Below are positions 1 through 12,597 of a DNA stretch of 54,184 bases, in pieces. The notes under the pieces are model-generated. The model made no database searches. It was not told the origin of the DNA and worked only from the letters and a program-made list of their open reading frames with translations. Made by a program: the position numbers and the translations under genes. The stretch is from Hydrolagus affinis (Eukaryota): positions 1-54,184 of the forward strand of contig JAAILG010002479.1 in NCBI GenBank assembly GCA_012026655.1. Direction: 5' to 3'. Position 1 is the first letter of the stretch, and each line of letters starts with the position of its first letter.

Positions 1-113
1 TAAAAGGTAACACAATTGAAGAGACAGTCAGGACACCTACAGAGAGGATTGCAATAGCCTTCAGTGACATATGATAAGTATCCTTTAGGTCAGGCGGCTG
101 AGTGTGATTTATA

Positions 114-533
114 CAGTCAGTCTCACAAGCGGATTACTTACTGTGTCACTTGCAGTAAATAGTCCCACGGACAGGTAAACTGAATAGCTTGCTCAGGAGC
201 AGACTGGCTATATGGGACATTGAGAAATTTCCCAAGTATCTCCGCGATTGGCTCCCGAGGCATACCGCCATGTTTAGCCCAGGTAAAACGTTCGATTTTA
301 AGCCCCGACAAAGTTTTTTTTTAAAACGCCGACGTCCTTTATGGACTCGGGACCCCCAACGAATCAGTGGCCCCACTTCTCGGCCTCCACCCTCCCCTTC
401 CCTACCAGACAATCCTGAGCACCTTTCGAGGAGTCGGCCACTGCTTACACTTGAGTTAAACACCGGCAGCCACACAAGCAGAAATAGTCACTGAAGCACC
501 TGCAGTAACTATCCCCTGAGGGGAGACTGACTG
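114..533. mobile_element. Non-autonomous Tc1/mariner (Tigger/pogo-like) MITE
   Basis: Terminal inverted repeats CAGTCAGTCTC (114-124) and GAGACTGACTG (523-533), with imperfect complementarity continuing ~20 bp inward. TA flanks the left end; the right flank is GA. Confidence 0.6.
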
Positions 534-904
534 GATAACGCATGCATCGTACGGTTAGCCTCACCAGCAGAACCATTTCCCTCTCTCACACTTTGCCCTC
601 AGCCTGAATTATGTGCAACACACATTTGAAACCGTAAAAAGAAAAAGAATCTGTCGCTGAAACACAAAGTGTGGCAAGGTGAAAAGCTGAAGGAACATCC
701 ATGCGTGCATGGCTTAACTGTCGCTGTCGGTAACACTGTAGCCTCTACGTCAGTAGGTTGTGAGCTCGAGTTCCACACCATCATGTGAGCTTGTAACCTT
801 GTCTGACGCTAGCTACAGTTTGACTAATCATTGTTACAGAATGGCATCCATTCAACGAGGAGTAGATTTTACAGTCCATTCCGGCAGGTGTTTATTTTGC
901 CCAC

Positions 905-980
905 AGTGTTATTTTGAAGATGAACAGTGACCTCTCCTAGTGTCCTGGTCAATATTCATCGCTCATCCAAACTCACCAGA
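905..980 (+). mobile_element. Deu-domain SINE remnant
   Basis: TTTGAAGA...CTCTCCTAGTGTCCTGGTCAATATTCATC resembles the Deu core of AmnSINE1/SacSINE1-type SINEs (from memory of the consensus). Confidence 0.5.
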
Positions 981-2169
981 ACATCCATGGGGATGTATCT
1001 AGTGGCACTTTGGTTGTTAGTCTGTCTGTAATAGTCAGTAAAGTATCTTGCTGAGGGAAGCCATTTCCACACGATAAGGCACTGGATCAATTAACATATA
1101 AACCCATGGATTTACGCAGTATAACAGTGATCTTGAGAGCCCCATATTACCTGTACAATTCAGCAGTATTGTCAGTGTCATTGTATTGAAAAAAAATGCT
1201 GTCCTCAAAGGGTTTAACAATGGCTCAGTGCAGTTTTATGCCTGAAAAGATGTTGTAGCATTTCCCAACATTATGGGATTAAAAATTGGTGACAAGTTCT
1301 GTTTTAACGAACTGTTGCTGCCTAATGTTTTGAAATGAAGACTTTTGACCCTTTCTGCAGCACTAAATAGGCTTGGCTTCCTCAATGGCACTGACCTCCC
1401 TCCACAGAACTCTTTTTGCCACTTTAACTCCTTCTGTTCTGCGAGTGGATTTTCTGTGACCCGCCTGCAAAATCAGGGCAAACGTAAAAAACAGTTATCA
1501 AAATAATTAACAGAAGTCCACCCTAATTGGCAAAAATGAAAATACAAAGGGTTGCTTCATAGAAAACACAACCTAATTGTTTAATACAAGTCTGGGCACC
1601 AATGTACTTGGGGACTGATTAAAAAGTGGTCGGTTCATGTTTGTAAATTCTGAGGAAGGCTGCTACCTTCCTGGTTACCTTCCTGAAGGCTGTACTTCAT
1701 CCAGTCCCATGATTACTTCTCACTTGGTTTCATTCAGTTGGCGAGTTTTGTAAGTTGTAAAGGGGATGTATTAGAGGATCTTATAGGTGCATACTGTTCA
1801 ACATTTCAAACGGAATAGTAACAATACTTTACAATAGGGCAAAGGGCAATTACAGGACAGACACAAAGTACGCTACCAGGAAGGCTGGTGGAAGCCCAGA
1901 ACTCTGGATTTGATGATGTGATGGGGAGACAGTTAAGTTGGATGAAGCGCCTTCATAATGATCCGATCTTGTGACATGAAGGGTGCAAAGTACTGTTCAT
2001 TAACTTCTGTGAGAAAGACTTTAGCTCAAACTGTATTGGGGGTAGACCAGAATGAATTTGGAGTGACATAAAGCACCACATTGGTATCTGTGACTGAGAG
2101 CAAGGGGGGAATTGTGTCTGTAAAAAGAAATAGACCATCTATGAGCAATAGAGATGTGTCACCGGATAA

Positions 2170-2335
2170 TTGTTTGAGATGGTGGGGTGGGGTGGATTTG
2201 CTTGAATAGTTTGGGGAAACATCTACGCAGAACTTTCCATAGGACATACACTGACCCTGTTGGCTTTGTTTTGACTAGTGTGGCGAGGGTTTAATGGCCG
2301 AATGGCATGTTCTTGATCCAAACTTTCTTATTCTA
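2170..2335 (+). mobile_element. Degenerate CR1 LINE 3' end
   Basis: GGGTTTAATGGCCGAATGGCATGTTCTTG...TTCTTATTCT resembles the 3' UTR of the CR1 copies at 21528 and 46668. Confidence 0.4.
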
Positions 2336-3067
2336 CTGAAGAAAATGATAGTATTTACAGCCCTAACCTTCTCTCCGCCCCCCCACCTCCCACACCAAAA
2401 GAAAATCTACGTGTTCTGTTCCGGTCCAGGTTTTTTGGATGCTGGGCTGCCTGCTGGAAGTTGAGAGCGAGTTTCTGCCCAGTTTACAAAGAGCACAACA
2501 TCAGTTAATCCCATAAACTGCTGACAACTAGATGGCTGCTGTGCTGCAGCATGTAATCTGGCTTCACTGTCGGTGGGCCCTGCTGGCATGGCATTTGCAA
2601 GTCATATCCAAATACAAATTGCTACAGATATGGCCAGCTTGGATCTATTCGAATTTGACTGAATCCCCGTGGTTCAGTCCTGGACTGACGCAACTGATCA
2701 GTTGCACTGAGCGCGGGCGGCGTTTAGCTCTTTGAAATCGGCTTGTTTCAGATGACTGAACCGGAAACTGGGAGCAAATGAATCTCAGTGTGTGCAGGTT
2801 TTCAATCTGAAATCCGGACTCCAAGCGCTAAAGGCACTCTGAACCCTAAATAGGATGAGGTACATCTACCATACGTCTCCTGAGCAGCGATTCACTGCTG
2901 ATTCACAGCATGGAGCTAGTGATTTCCCCAATGGGTGCTCTTCCACTCCATAGTACACAGTAGGTCATTTGTTGACAGGTTTTGCAGATTCGCTCACATT
3001 CACTTTCAAGTTAATCGAATGAGTATTTTCACAGTTATTTTCGAGCGCGCATAGATAAACTCCCAAA

Positions 3068-3097
3068 ACACACAGAGAGAGAGAGAGAGTGTGTGAG
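3068..3097. repeat. Compound (AC)n(AG)n(TG)n microsatellite
   Basis: acacacagagagagagagagagtgtgtgag seen directly. Confidence 0.8.
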
Positions 3098-3460
3098 AAA
3101 GAACAGGGCTTAGTTGACATGAAATGTGTTGCTTTGTGTCAAAATCCTAGTGCATAGCAAAAGCTGTGAGTGAGTTTTGTTTTTGGATGAAATGACTACT
3201 GTGTGTGTTGATAAGTGGAATAATATACAAGGCTGGCGAGAAGTTTGAATTTCTGTACAAGGTTAAATAATGTTTCATTTTTAAAACTCCAGTAAGGGAT
3301 TTTTTTTTAGTGTATTAGCATCACTGATACCGATTACTGACTTAAATTCAAGATGTTTAAGTAACTAAGTAACTTTTTTTTATGTTGGAGTTGGTTACCT
3401 GAAGAAGGTGTTTACCGCACTCAATACCTAAACATACAATCAGTATGATAATAATAACAC

Positions 3461-3625
3461 TTGCATTACTTTACAGTATATTCTGTGAAGCGCTTTGAGA
3501 CATCGATAAGATGTGCAAAGCGCTATACCAAATGCAAGGATTATTATTATTATTTGATGCAGCGCCTTATCACACCTTCGAGATGATTCAGAGCGCTTCA
3601 CAGATTATACTATAAAGTGAATAAT
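3461..3625. mobile_element. Two tail-to-tail 3' fragments of SINE family A
   Basis: A + copy ending ...CGCTATACCAAATGCAAGGATTATTATTATT (3461-3553) is followed at once by a - copy (TTTGATGCAGCGCC...CGCTTCACAGATTATACTATAAAGTGAAT). Confidence 0.75.
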
Positions 3626-4050
3626 AATGCAAACATTTGTGTGACTAAACTAAAATAATCTATGGTAGTCTAGGTAATAATCTTGGCTTTCTTCCTCCTC
3701 TTTCCCCCCACCCCCCCACCCCCCATTACTCCCCTTCCCTACATTCCATCTATGAATATAGCATTTGACACCTGACTGCTCCTTAGCTGGGAATACAGGT
3801 GAGCGGTTAGCGGAACTTGTACTATTTCTGTTGCTTGTGCCTCTCCACGATTAGTGGAGCAGAAGGAATATGACAGGGTACACACATTCAAATCGCCTCG
3901 AGTACAGTTTAAAATCGATGAGTCTCAGCCAGGTGGTTCATTCAGGCAGTCTTTCAGCATCGACAATCACTTGCACCACGATGAAGTTCAGACAAACACG
4001 GGCGTGTATTTGTGTGCGGAAGCGTGCTGGCAAACCAACAATCAGCAACA

Positions 4051-4125
4051 AACTACATTTGTATCGTGCCTTTCACGTCGGGAGGACGTCCCAAGACACT
4101 TGGACAATCGGGGATTTGGGCCCGA
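4051..4125 (-). mobile_element. 3' tail of SINE/L2 family B
   Basis: ACATTTGTATCGTGCCTTTCACGTCGGGAGGACGTCCCAAG. Related copies lie near 9870, 12360, 12670, 17015, 38150 and 46535. Confidence 0.65.
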
Positions 4126-4150
4126 AGGAACAATAGTACTATTAAATGCG

Positions 4151-4485
4151 TAAATAATAAATAAATAATCCTTGCATTTGATATTAGCTCTTTTCGCATC
4201 TTATCAACGTTCTCAAAGCGTTTCACAGAATGTACTGTAAAGTGGATTGGCTGTATATTTGTCGGCGAAACACGGCAGCCAATTATGCACAGCAGTGTCC
4301 CACAAACTGTCATGGATTGAAAATGACCAATTTTTTTTCGTTATTGTGTTCTTTTTTGGAGGGATTATTATTATGCGTGTGGAGTAAGGAAACTTGCCCA
4401 AGGTTTCATCCTGACCTGCCTGGATTCGAACACGGGTCTCACGCCTGTAAGGCGAGTGCTCTAACCACTGAGCTACACGAGCTCC
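4151..4485 (-). mobile_element. Full-length tRNA-headed SINE (family A)
   Basis: The minus-strand head has Pol III A box TAGCTCAGTGG and B box GTTCGAATCC. It ends in an L2-like tail AAATGCAAGGATTATT. It is colinear with the copy at 38332-38660. Confidence 0.9.
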
Positions 4486-6692
4486 AAATACGATTGATGG
4501 GACAATCAATTCTATGTAGATTAGTGCCGGGATGTGTTACGAGCTCGTTTTGCTGCTCAGGTATTTGTTCTTGAAAATATGACCCCTTTGTGGGCTGGGC
4601 TGGGCCCGAGGTTATCTTCAGATATTTTAAGATTAGCAAATGAGCCAGGCACACGGTACACAGGATGTGATGGTAAGCCAGGTTCTGAAGGGGTCTACAT
4701 TTTTTCTTCTTTGCTCAACTTTTGACAAGGTGATCACTTTCACCTTCATTACTAATGTATTTTCCAGGCAGTAAGGTGGAAATTGTAATGCTCAGCAAGC
4801 TCAGGCCAGAGCGGCTGGAGGGGGGACAGATTTATAGGCTGTGTCGGTTTTTCTACGGAGTGGAGAGGCCAGCCTGCGTAACTCAGCTGGAGAAACAATG
4901 ATAGAGCGAGTGGCAAAGCCAGCGGTGATTGCGGTTCAAAATCTCTCCTGCTCCAACCTAAGCTGATTTATAATAAGGTCACTGAAGGAGCTGTGTTATG
5001 GGCAATGATGGTTGAAATGTAGGAAATTCATCTTTATGTAAGCTCCAGTAAAAATGGATGGTGTCTGGGGGGGGGAATGCTATTTTTTTCTCAGGGTATT
5101 ATTTTGGTTTGAGATCCAGATTGTTTTAAGGACAACAACATTAAACAATTGGCCACATTGTCCTTTTCAAAAATCTTTTACCACATCGACAAAGCTACAT
5201 CAAACTGCTTCTAAACCTCACTGACCTGGTGAATTTGGTGCTTAAAAACCCAGAACTTCAAACCCAGATTTTGTCGAACATCCAATCGATTTGTCTTCTC
5301 TTTTATATTTCAACGCGTGCATATGTCAGCCACAAGGATTTGTGGAAGCAAACTGTTTGCACCTTTACAATATCTGGTACAATGTTTTCTTAACATATTT
5401 TGTAGACTTTTAAAAAAAACTCTGCACCCACTTCCTTCTTCCTACCCTCCCCTTCAGCTTGTATGGGTGCCAACTGCCTACAGTACTTTAACTCTTTCCT
5501 TCAGCTGTAAAGCTGAGTTGAAAAAGGATTTGACCAGTGAACACACTACACGTGAGCCTAGTGTTCCTCCGACACCCATAATTATATATTTTCCAAAAAA
5601 AAATATTGGGAGGGGAGGGTTTGTCCATTCTGCCTGTTTATTTGGAGAGGGATTTTAACTCTGTCTCCAGTCTGGTACATTGCAGATGATGTTACACTAG
5701 CTCAGCGCAGATCAGGGCTGCAACCTGGGTCCTTAGGAGTTTAACAAATGAGCATTGCAGGGTTACAGCATCTCGTTCTTAATCCATTAGATGAATGATG
5801 TGGTCCATCCAAGTACTTGAGCCCCTGGCATCCCTATATCTTGAGGATTCAAGCATGAAAAAGTAACAGATAGTTCAGGAGAGCGACATCCGCACTGATT
5901 GAGCACCGTTAAATGAGATGAGAAAAAAACACTTTTGTGCTCAGAATTCCTTGGCGAGAACAAGCTGTACACCTGCACACGCCGCCCTGTTTGTTCAAAG
6001 CCTTGTTTGTGTTAGAGGACTGTTCCTAAAGCACATCCCCTCTGCCTCTCCTTAGGCCCACTGCCTTGTGCAAACTGCCCTGTTTTCATTTACTGGCTGG
6101 GATGTCAGTCATTTTGAAAGCGGCTTTCACACATCCGCTTACTTTGAGGTTATTTCACTCAACGATTATAGTGCTGCTACCTGCCTAGGGAAGTCTATGC
6201 AGCCAATTGATACCAAAGCTGCTCCTCTGGCTGGATGGAGATGAGAGGGAGAGCTTCAAAGCTCTGTGATCCCACGTCTTAGCATTGGAAAGAAAAGCTT
6301 TCTTTCTTACCTTGAGTTAGTAATGCGAATCTTCGTCAAACTTCAGTGTTGTCAGTTCACCACCTAAGTGTAACTAAAACCATAGGTTACTGTTGTTACT
6401 AGAGCCCACAATCCCAGGGATATTACTAAGGCTGACTGACAACTTAAAGGTAAACCAATACAACACATATTATACAGAGAAAATACAAGGCTGGAAATAT
6501 GTTGCAAGACAATTACACACTTGAAGGATTTAGCTGAAGGCTTTGCTGTGAGAACCATGCTTGAGTGGTTTACACAGTCTAGAAACCCCCGGGACTACAT
6601 TGATCGCAATTGCAGATGCTATTTTTTGGATAATCTTTATTAGTATTGTTATTCAGCATTATTCTATTGCAGATTCACTGTCTCTGTCCACT

Positions 6693-6960
6693 ACATGGAA
6701 TCATCGATTTTACAGCATAGAAGGAGGCATTCTGCCTATGGTATCCAATGTCAGACCTCTGAATTGACTACCAGTTTAGTCCAGCTTCACTGTCATTTCC
6801 CCATCATCCCTGATTATTTTTTTTATTGGATTTTTCAAAAAAATCTATTATAGTTTCTGCTTCAACTACAGCTTTTAGTAATGTCCTAACAATTGCATGC
6901 GTGCGTATGTGTTTATAAAACAAATCATTCTCCTAATCTCACCCTTAGTTTGCTGGTAAT
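6693..6960 (-). mobile_element. Degenerate CR1 3' end
   Basis: AATCATCGATTTTACAGCATAGAAGGAGGCATTC matches the CR1 terminus at 21528. Confidence 0.6.
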
Positions 6961-9599
6961 CTGACATTTACATTGTCTATCAAGATCATATATTGATCTG
7001 GATGAAGAAGGCCCTTTGGCCATCTGATCTCATCTCTCCAGCAAATCCCCCCATCGCAGCATCAAGCATTTTGTAAATGAGCTCCCATTTCGGAAGCTGC
7101 TTGTTCTAGATCTTGGGCTCAAAGTGACTTTGAAGGCAACAACCATTTTGTTTTGCTTCTGGTGTGAGACATTCTCATGTGTTTGTAGCCGCGTTTGATA
7201 TTCCTGCTATTCTTTAACTCATAGACTGGAAGGTTTTATTTCAAAACCTATTAATATGTAGATATACTGACATCCAGTAAACAAGGATGGAACTTAAATC
7301 ACTTATAGGCATGACAGAATGCATCTATATACATGATTAGCTTTATGTTAGACAAGAAATAACTGATGACAAATTACCAAATAATTCCATTATCTCTCTT
7401 GCTCCTTTACTCAACCATGACTCTCGAAGCAGTTCAGCTGCGTTTGTACATTATCTTTGCAACCCTGCCATGACTCGATAATCGAGCCATTTTTGCAGCA
7501 GATGAATTCTCCGAAATGAAAAAATCTGCTGGATAAGCAAGTCTCATTTGACATTCGATGTTTCTGAAGCATTGGAGCGATCAGATTAACGAAAGCGCAA
7601 ATCATAAGTCACCTGTACCTGAAGCGTGTTTTGTTGCTCTGCATTCATTCTCGAGTCATACTCACGTTGAGTAAACTGTTTGCATAAAAATGAGTCATTC
7701 TGGCAGATGCGAAGTTAACAGAAGAGAATATTATCGGACTTATGCAAACACACACTGCTTATCAGTATCAGCAGAATACATGAATAAATCATAAGATCCC
7801 TTGTGCACCCATATATGGAAAGACACAACAGAGGAAAAGTAAATAAGATATAATTATCTGGGGGTATTGATGAGCAAATGGTGTCTCAATTTGCTCAGTG
7901 ATTTGCTCAGTGTGGTGAGCTGTGGAAAATAATGAATTAGATTAACCTGGTGTTTGGAAATGAGAGCTGTCTGTTCATTTCTAGTAGGTCTGTATTACAG
8001 AAAGGATAACTGATTATCATGGCCGAACAAACCAGATGCATTGAATGTTAGCGTAAATTTAAATGATGTGTCCAAATTGTAACCATTACCTGAATTACAG
8101 ACCTGAATCTACCAAGCACTCAACGCCTGTAGATAATAGACTTGCGTTAGACATTCTGTTCATAAATACTATCTCCAGCTATGTGATTAGTGATCTTGCA
8201 ACAATATTTTGATACAGAGGCAAGCAGTAATTCATTCTTCTCATAGGCTGGAACACGAGCCAGTTCAGTTGGGTAATGCAGAGTTGAACGGTAAAAGCTA
8301 AGAGAAGTGCCTCGTTTAAAATTTGGAGGAAAAAGGGATTCAAAAGACTCTTTAGTGTGTTGATAGAATTACATAGTCCACAGCAATGAAACAGACTACT
8401 CAGCCTAGCTAGTCCATGCTGGTGTTTGTATTCTACATATATCCTCTATTCCCATCTCCAGAATCCCAAGCCTTGGCTCTTTCCAACCTGAGCCTAAAAC
8501 TTTCCGGAATTAGGTAAACACGATGTGTCCTTCCAGGGAGAGAGTGCACATTCCATTCCATTCCAACAATCTATCCCTGGAATTTCCATATGTAGGGAGA
8601 CCACATGGAATTCTCAGTTTGGTTTGAATACGCAACCACAAAAATGGATTTCAGTGCATGTCAGTCACTTGCCGACAACCCCCCACACACCCACCACCCC
8701 CAAAAAAAAAAACTCCCCTATTTCCTTCTCTCTCGTGTGTGCTCTTAAAAGCCGTGATACTTTCTGCCACGATCACGGCTCCCGCCAGTGAGTTCCACAA
8801 TCCCATCAAGCTCTGCGTAAAGATGTTCCACCTGACCTCTCTCGTTCAGAAAGCAGAACTCGTTTTAGAAGATTGCCAAAATGTCAGAAATCTGTGGGCA
8901 CAGCCTCAGGGTCAGACAGCAAGGGATTGACTTCTGCAGCGCTCCCTGCGCTCACCGTGCTCTGCTAGAGACCACACTAGCTTCTTTCCACAAAGCGATA
9001 ATATCTCAAACAGCAGTACTCCTGAGAGAAGCTGATGAAAACCTGCACACATATAACTAAGTACCTTGGGTGTGCTTGGGAGTGCTGGGTTAATCATCGG
9101 ATCCTCTGTAAATCGATGCTGCAGCATGTTAGAGTTTATTACGGTTTTGCATTCCCCTGCTGCTAAGCTAGCTACCGACTAACAGGCCATTGCTCGGTCG
9201 ATGTTTTCCCTGCAATATTTGCGGGGCTGAAATTCTGCCCAGCGCTGTTACCACGGAGATCACTACCGCAAACTAATGCATCACCACAGGCAGCGCTCTG
9301 CGGGCGAATGGTTCATGATGGTGAGGCCCAGCAAGCTAATTCTCATTCAGCGTTCATCTTACCGATGTTTGTAACCTGGTGTCTTCCTGGACAGATTAAG
9401 GATGTTGTGTATTCCGTGGTTTGAGACTAAAATAACGCAATTATTATTTCGACCAATTGTTTGGTGCATTATCAGCGCAAATGTTTGGTTGAAGCTTATT
9501 TGCTGCTCTCCCCTGGGCCTGATGTCTGTCCTCCCAGGGGAATTGTTCGGAAGGCTCGGGACAAGGATTTATGACCCTTTTTGTTTCTGTGGGTGTTTG

Positions 9600-9845
9600 T
9601 TAGCCAGGACTCCGGGAGCATTGTCTCCTCTTCAAATAATGTCATGAGATCTTTAATATCTACCTTGAATAAGGAGATTGGACCTTAGTTTAACATCTCA
9701 CCCGAAGGATGTCACCTTTGATATTAGAGTACTCCCCTTGTTGGGGAGTGTTAGCCTCAACCTTTAGCTCATAGACCCCAAGTGAACCTGAGACCCACAG
9801 CCGTTTGAGTCAGAGGTAAGAGTGCTGTGAACTGAGCTGGGCTAC
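9600..9845 (-). mobile_element. Deu-domain SINE (SacSINE1-like), degenerate
   Basis: Reverse-complement Deu core (CTCTTCAAATAATGTCATGAGATCTTTAATATCTACC) plus a tRNA-like head (GAGTCAGAGGTAAGAGTGCTGTGAACTGAGC). Confidence 0.6.
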
Positions 9846-10236
9846 ACCCATATAACTATATATATATTTCGATGTGAAAGGCGCTATATAAATGTAAGTT
9901 TTGATTGATTGATTCATTGATAACTAAGTAACTTGGGTGTAAGTGTAGGACTTCTTGAGGTGCTCAGGTAATTCTTTGTGATGTTTTTTCGAGCTTTGTT
10001 TATAGGCAACATTGTATTAAATTTTCTTGTTGGGTTTAGTTGAAAGTATCACCCAAATCTGCCATTATTTAAACCCCTCAGGGTGATGCATTAGGCAAGT
10101 ATTTATCTTTAGTATGTAATTAAATGCCACTTTGGGCTGATTCTGATGAACGCAAACCCAATGGGCTTTTGAAGTTCTGGTTTTACAAAGCCGCTGGCCT
10201 CCAAACACCTGTATGTTTCACAACAGTGGGCTGTAT

Positions 10237-10452
10237 TAATAATAATCTCTCACCAAAAAAAAATATGATTAGGCCACTCAATCCATAACTGTTTGTGGGA
10301 CACTGCTGTGTGCAATTGGCTGCAGCGTTTCACCCACAAAATATACTACAGTCATTCACTGTACTGTATATTCTGTGAAGTGCTTTGAGATATCTAAAAG
10401 ACATGAAAAGCCCTACATCAAATGGAAGGATTGTTTTTATTATATTATTATT
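10237..10452 (+). mobile_element. 5'-truncated SINE family A
   Basis: CTGTTTGTGGGACACTGCTGTGTGCAATTGGCTGC...TTCTGTGAAGTGCTTTGAGA...AAATGGAAGGATT. Confidence 0.85.
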
Positions 10453-12169
10453 TCATCACCGGTTCCAAATGGGGGGATTGTAGAGTATTGAGTTACCTAC
10501 TGTCCTGCTATTTGGCTTTAGGCAATCATTCTTGTTTACCTCCTCTGTGTGTGCTTTTGCCATTAATGTAGTATAATACAGTAGTTTAATATTCGGAAGA
10601 CATTTAAATTTGATAACTAGTGAACCCACAAAGGAGTCAGCCTGAGTGTATGGGCAGCTAGGTTGATGATGTTCATCTCAGTGGAACTGTCCCATTGATT
10701 GATGAAGAGCATTCAATATCCTCAGCAGCCACAAGGGTTAAATAACTAACAAAAAGACTAGCAAATAATTTTGTGTTGAATGTGATAAGCGCCCAGAATT
10801 AAACACCACAAAGAATGGGAAATGGCCCTTCAAACTTGTTATAAATCTATCAACCTGTCACAGGCAAGGTATTTTAATAAGGGAATAGAGCCGAGTTCAA
10901 CGGGCTCCTTTGGCAGATGGCCGCGGACAGATGCAGAGCTCATTTGATGTTTTCCGTCCGTGTATTAGAGGAAGATGATCGGGTCCTGTGGGTTTTGCCG
11001 AGGTACAAGGATTCTGCCACACCGCATCTGTTTGCTGGCTGTACACCCAAGTGCAAACACATCCCTGCCTCAGAATCCGTGGACACAAACGGGGCTGATC
11101 GATGCAGTCACTTCCAGCGGCACATTAATGATAATCAGGCATTAGATGGCCTTATGATGAGACTGTTAGCAGACAGCATTAACATATCCGAGACGTTGAA
11201 GACGAGCGGAAATGGAAGCGAAATCTTTTAGCTGAACACAGCGGTTGTTTAAAGAGTGTGTAATGTTCCTATAATTCAATCCAATCGATATCAGATGCAC
11301 CTTACCATACAGGGCCAGGAGTATTCACTGTCAGCCTGACACACAGAGGATGGTCACTAGGAGAATGTATTGTTGAGCTGCCCGTGGAACATAAGCTCAC
11401 TGAGAGTTAGTAACTTCAGGAGAGGAGGAGGAGGAGGAGGGCGAATTAACAGAGAAAGGTAGGCAGCAATAGTGTTGAAGCTGAACTTGACTGTCTAGTT
11501 TTCAAAAGTGCCCCCCCCCCCCCGGTCCACACCCCAGCACAGGAGTGTGGAAGCTTCATCAGTATTATTTGCATACAAAGAGTTTCATCCAAAATTTTGG
11601 ATGAAAATAGATAAGAATAGTAATTGAGGTAGTGTCAAATGGTTTTCATGATGATATCTGCCTTGTCCTGGAGAAATGGACGTTCTCTCAAAGTCCTTTG
11701 CCTGGTGAGTCAAGTTGTGCGATTAGCCAAAAGCTGGTGACACAGGACATCTTCACTCCAGGGGTAAGCTTGAGTCCCAGCACATTGGCCTCGCTCCCAA
11801 CCTCTGTTGCTTCTTGATAGCGGGTGTGAGAACATGTGTCGCATGTGGGAGTCGATGGCAGAGCGCCAGACCTTTGTGTGTGGGGTGGAATCTCTCGGGA
11901 GGACAGCTGCCTGCGTTGTAGCCTCGTGACAAGTGTAATCAGATTATCAACCGAGCTAATTAACAAGTGTGGTTTGGAAACCTGAGGAGCAGCCTTTATC
12001 AGCTGGCTTGCCATTTTCCTTGTTACCGAGCTCAGCGCTCCGCATTTCCAGCTCTCTTTCTGGCCTTAAATTGAACACAGAGAGAAGGCTTAAGCTGTTC
12101 ATGTGGACAAGATCAGATCAGCATGATCGCTCCTTGTTCACATAACTCACTAACCCTATAGAACTGTAT

Positions 12170-12597
12170 AATAATAATATTCCTTGCATTGCCATTTTCG
12201 CCTCCTTCCTCCCCTAACCCCACTTCCATGACTGTTTGTGGGGCACGGCTGCGCGCAATTTGGCTGCCACGTTTCGCCCACAAACATACAGTCAATTTTC
12301 CTACTCTCCTTTCCTCGACACCCCCCTCCCCCGCTCTGATACCCACCTGACTGTTCAGCGCTTTCGGACGTCCTCCCGACGTGAAAGGAGCTATATAAAT
12401 GTAATTATTGATGATTGATTGAGTGCCTGATCACATCTTTGAGATGTCTCAAAGCGTTTCTCAGACGATACTGTAAAGTGAATTGACCGTATATCTTGTG
12501 GGCGAAACACAGCAGCCAATTGTGCACAGCAGTGTCCCACAAACAGTTGTGGATTGGGTGACCAAATTCTTTTAATTTATTTTTAAGGCATTATTAC
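12170..12597. mobile_element. Inverted pair of related SINEs (+ copy 12170-12420, - copy 12425-12597)
   Basis: 12221-12300 is the approximate reverse complement of 12481-12560. Confidence 0.8.

Noticed and set aside
146-494. 109-aa and 101-aa ORFs
   Set aside because: Both lie inside a MITE, with no recognisable domain.
4411-4485. Functional tRNA gene (also 38590-38660)
   Set aside because: No proper acceptor stem or Pol III terminator after the T arm; it continues into a multi-copy SINE body.
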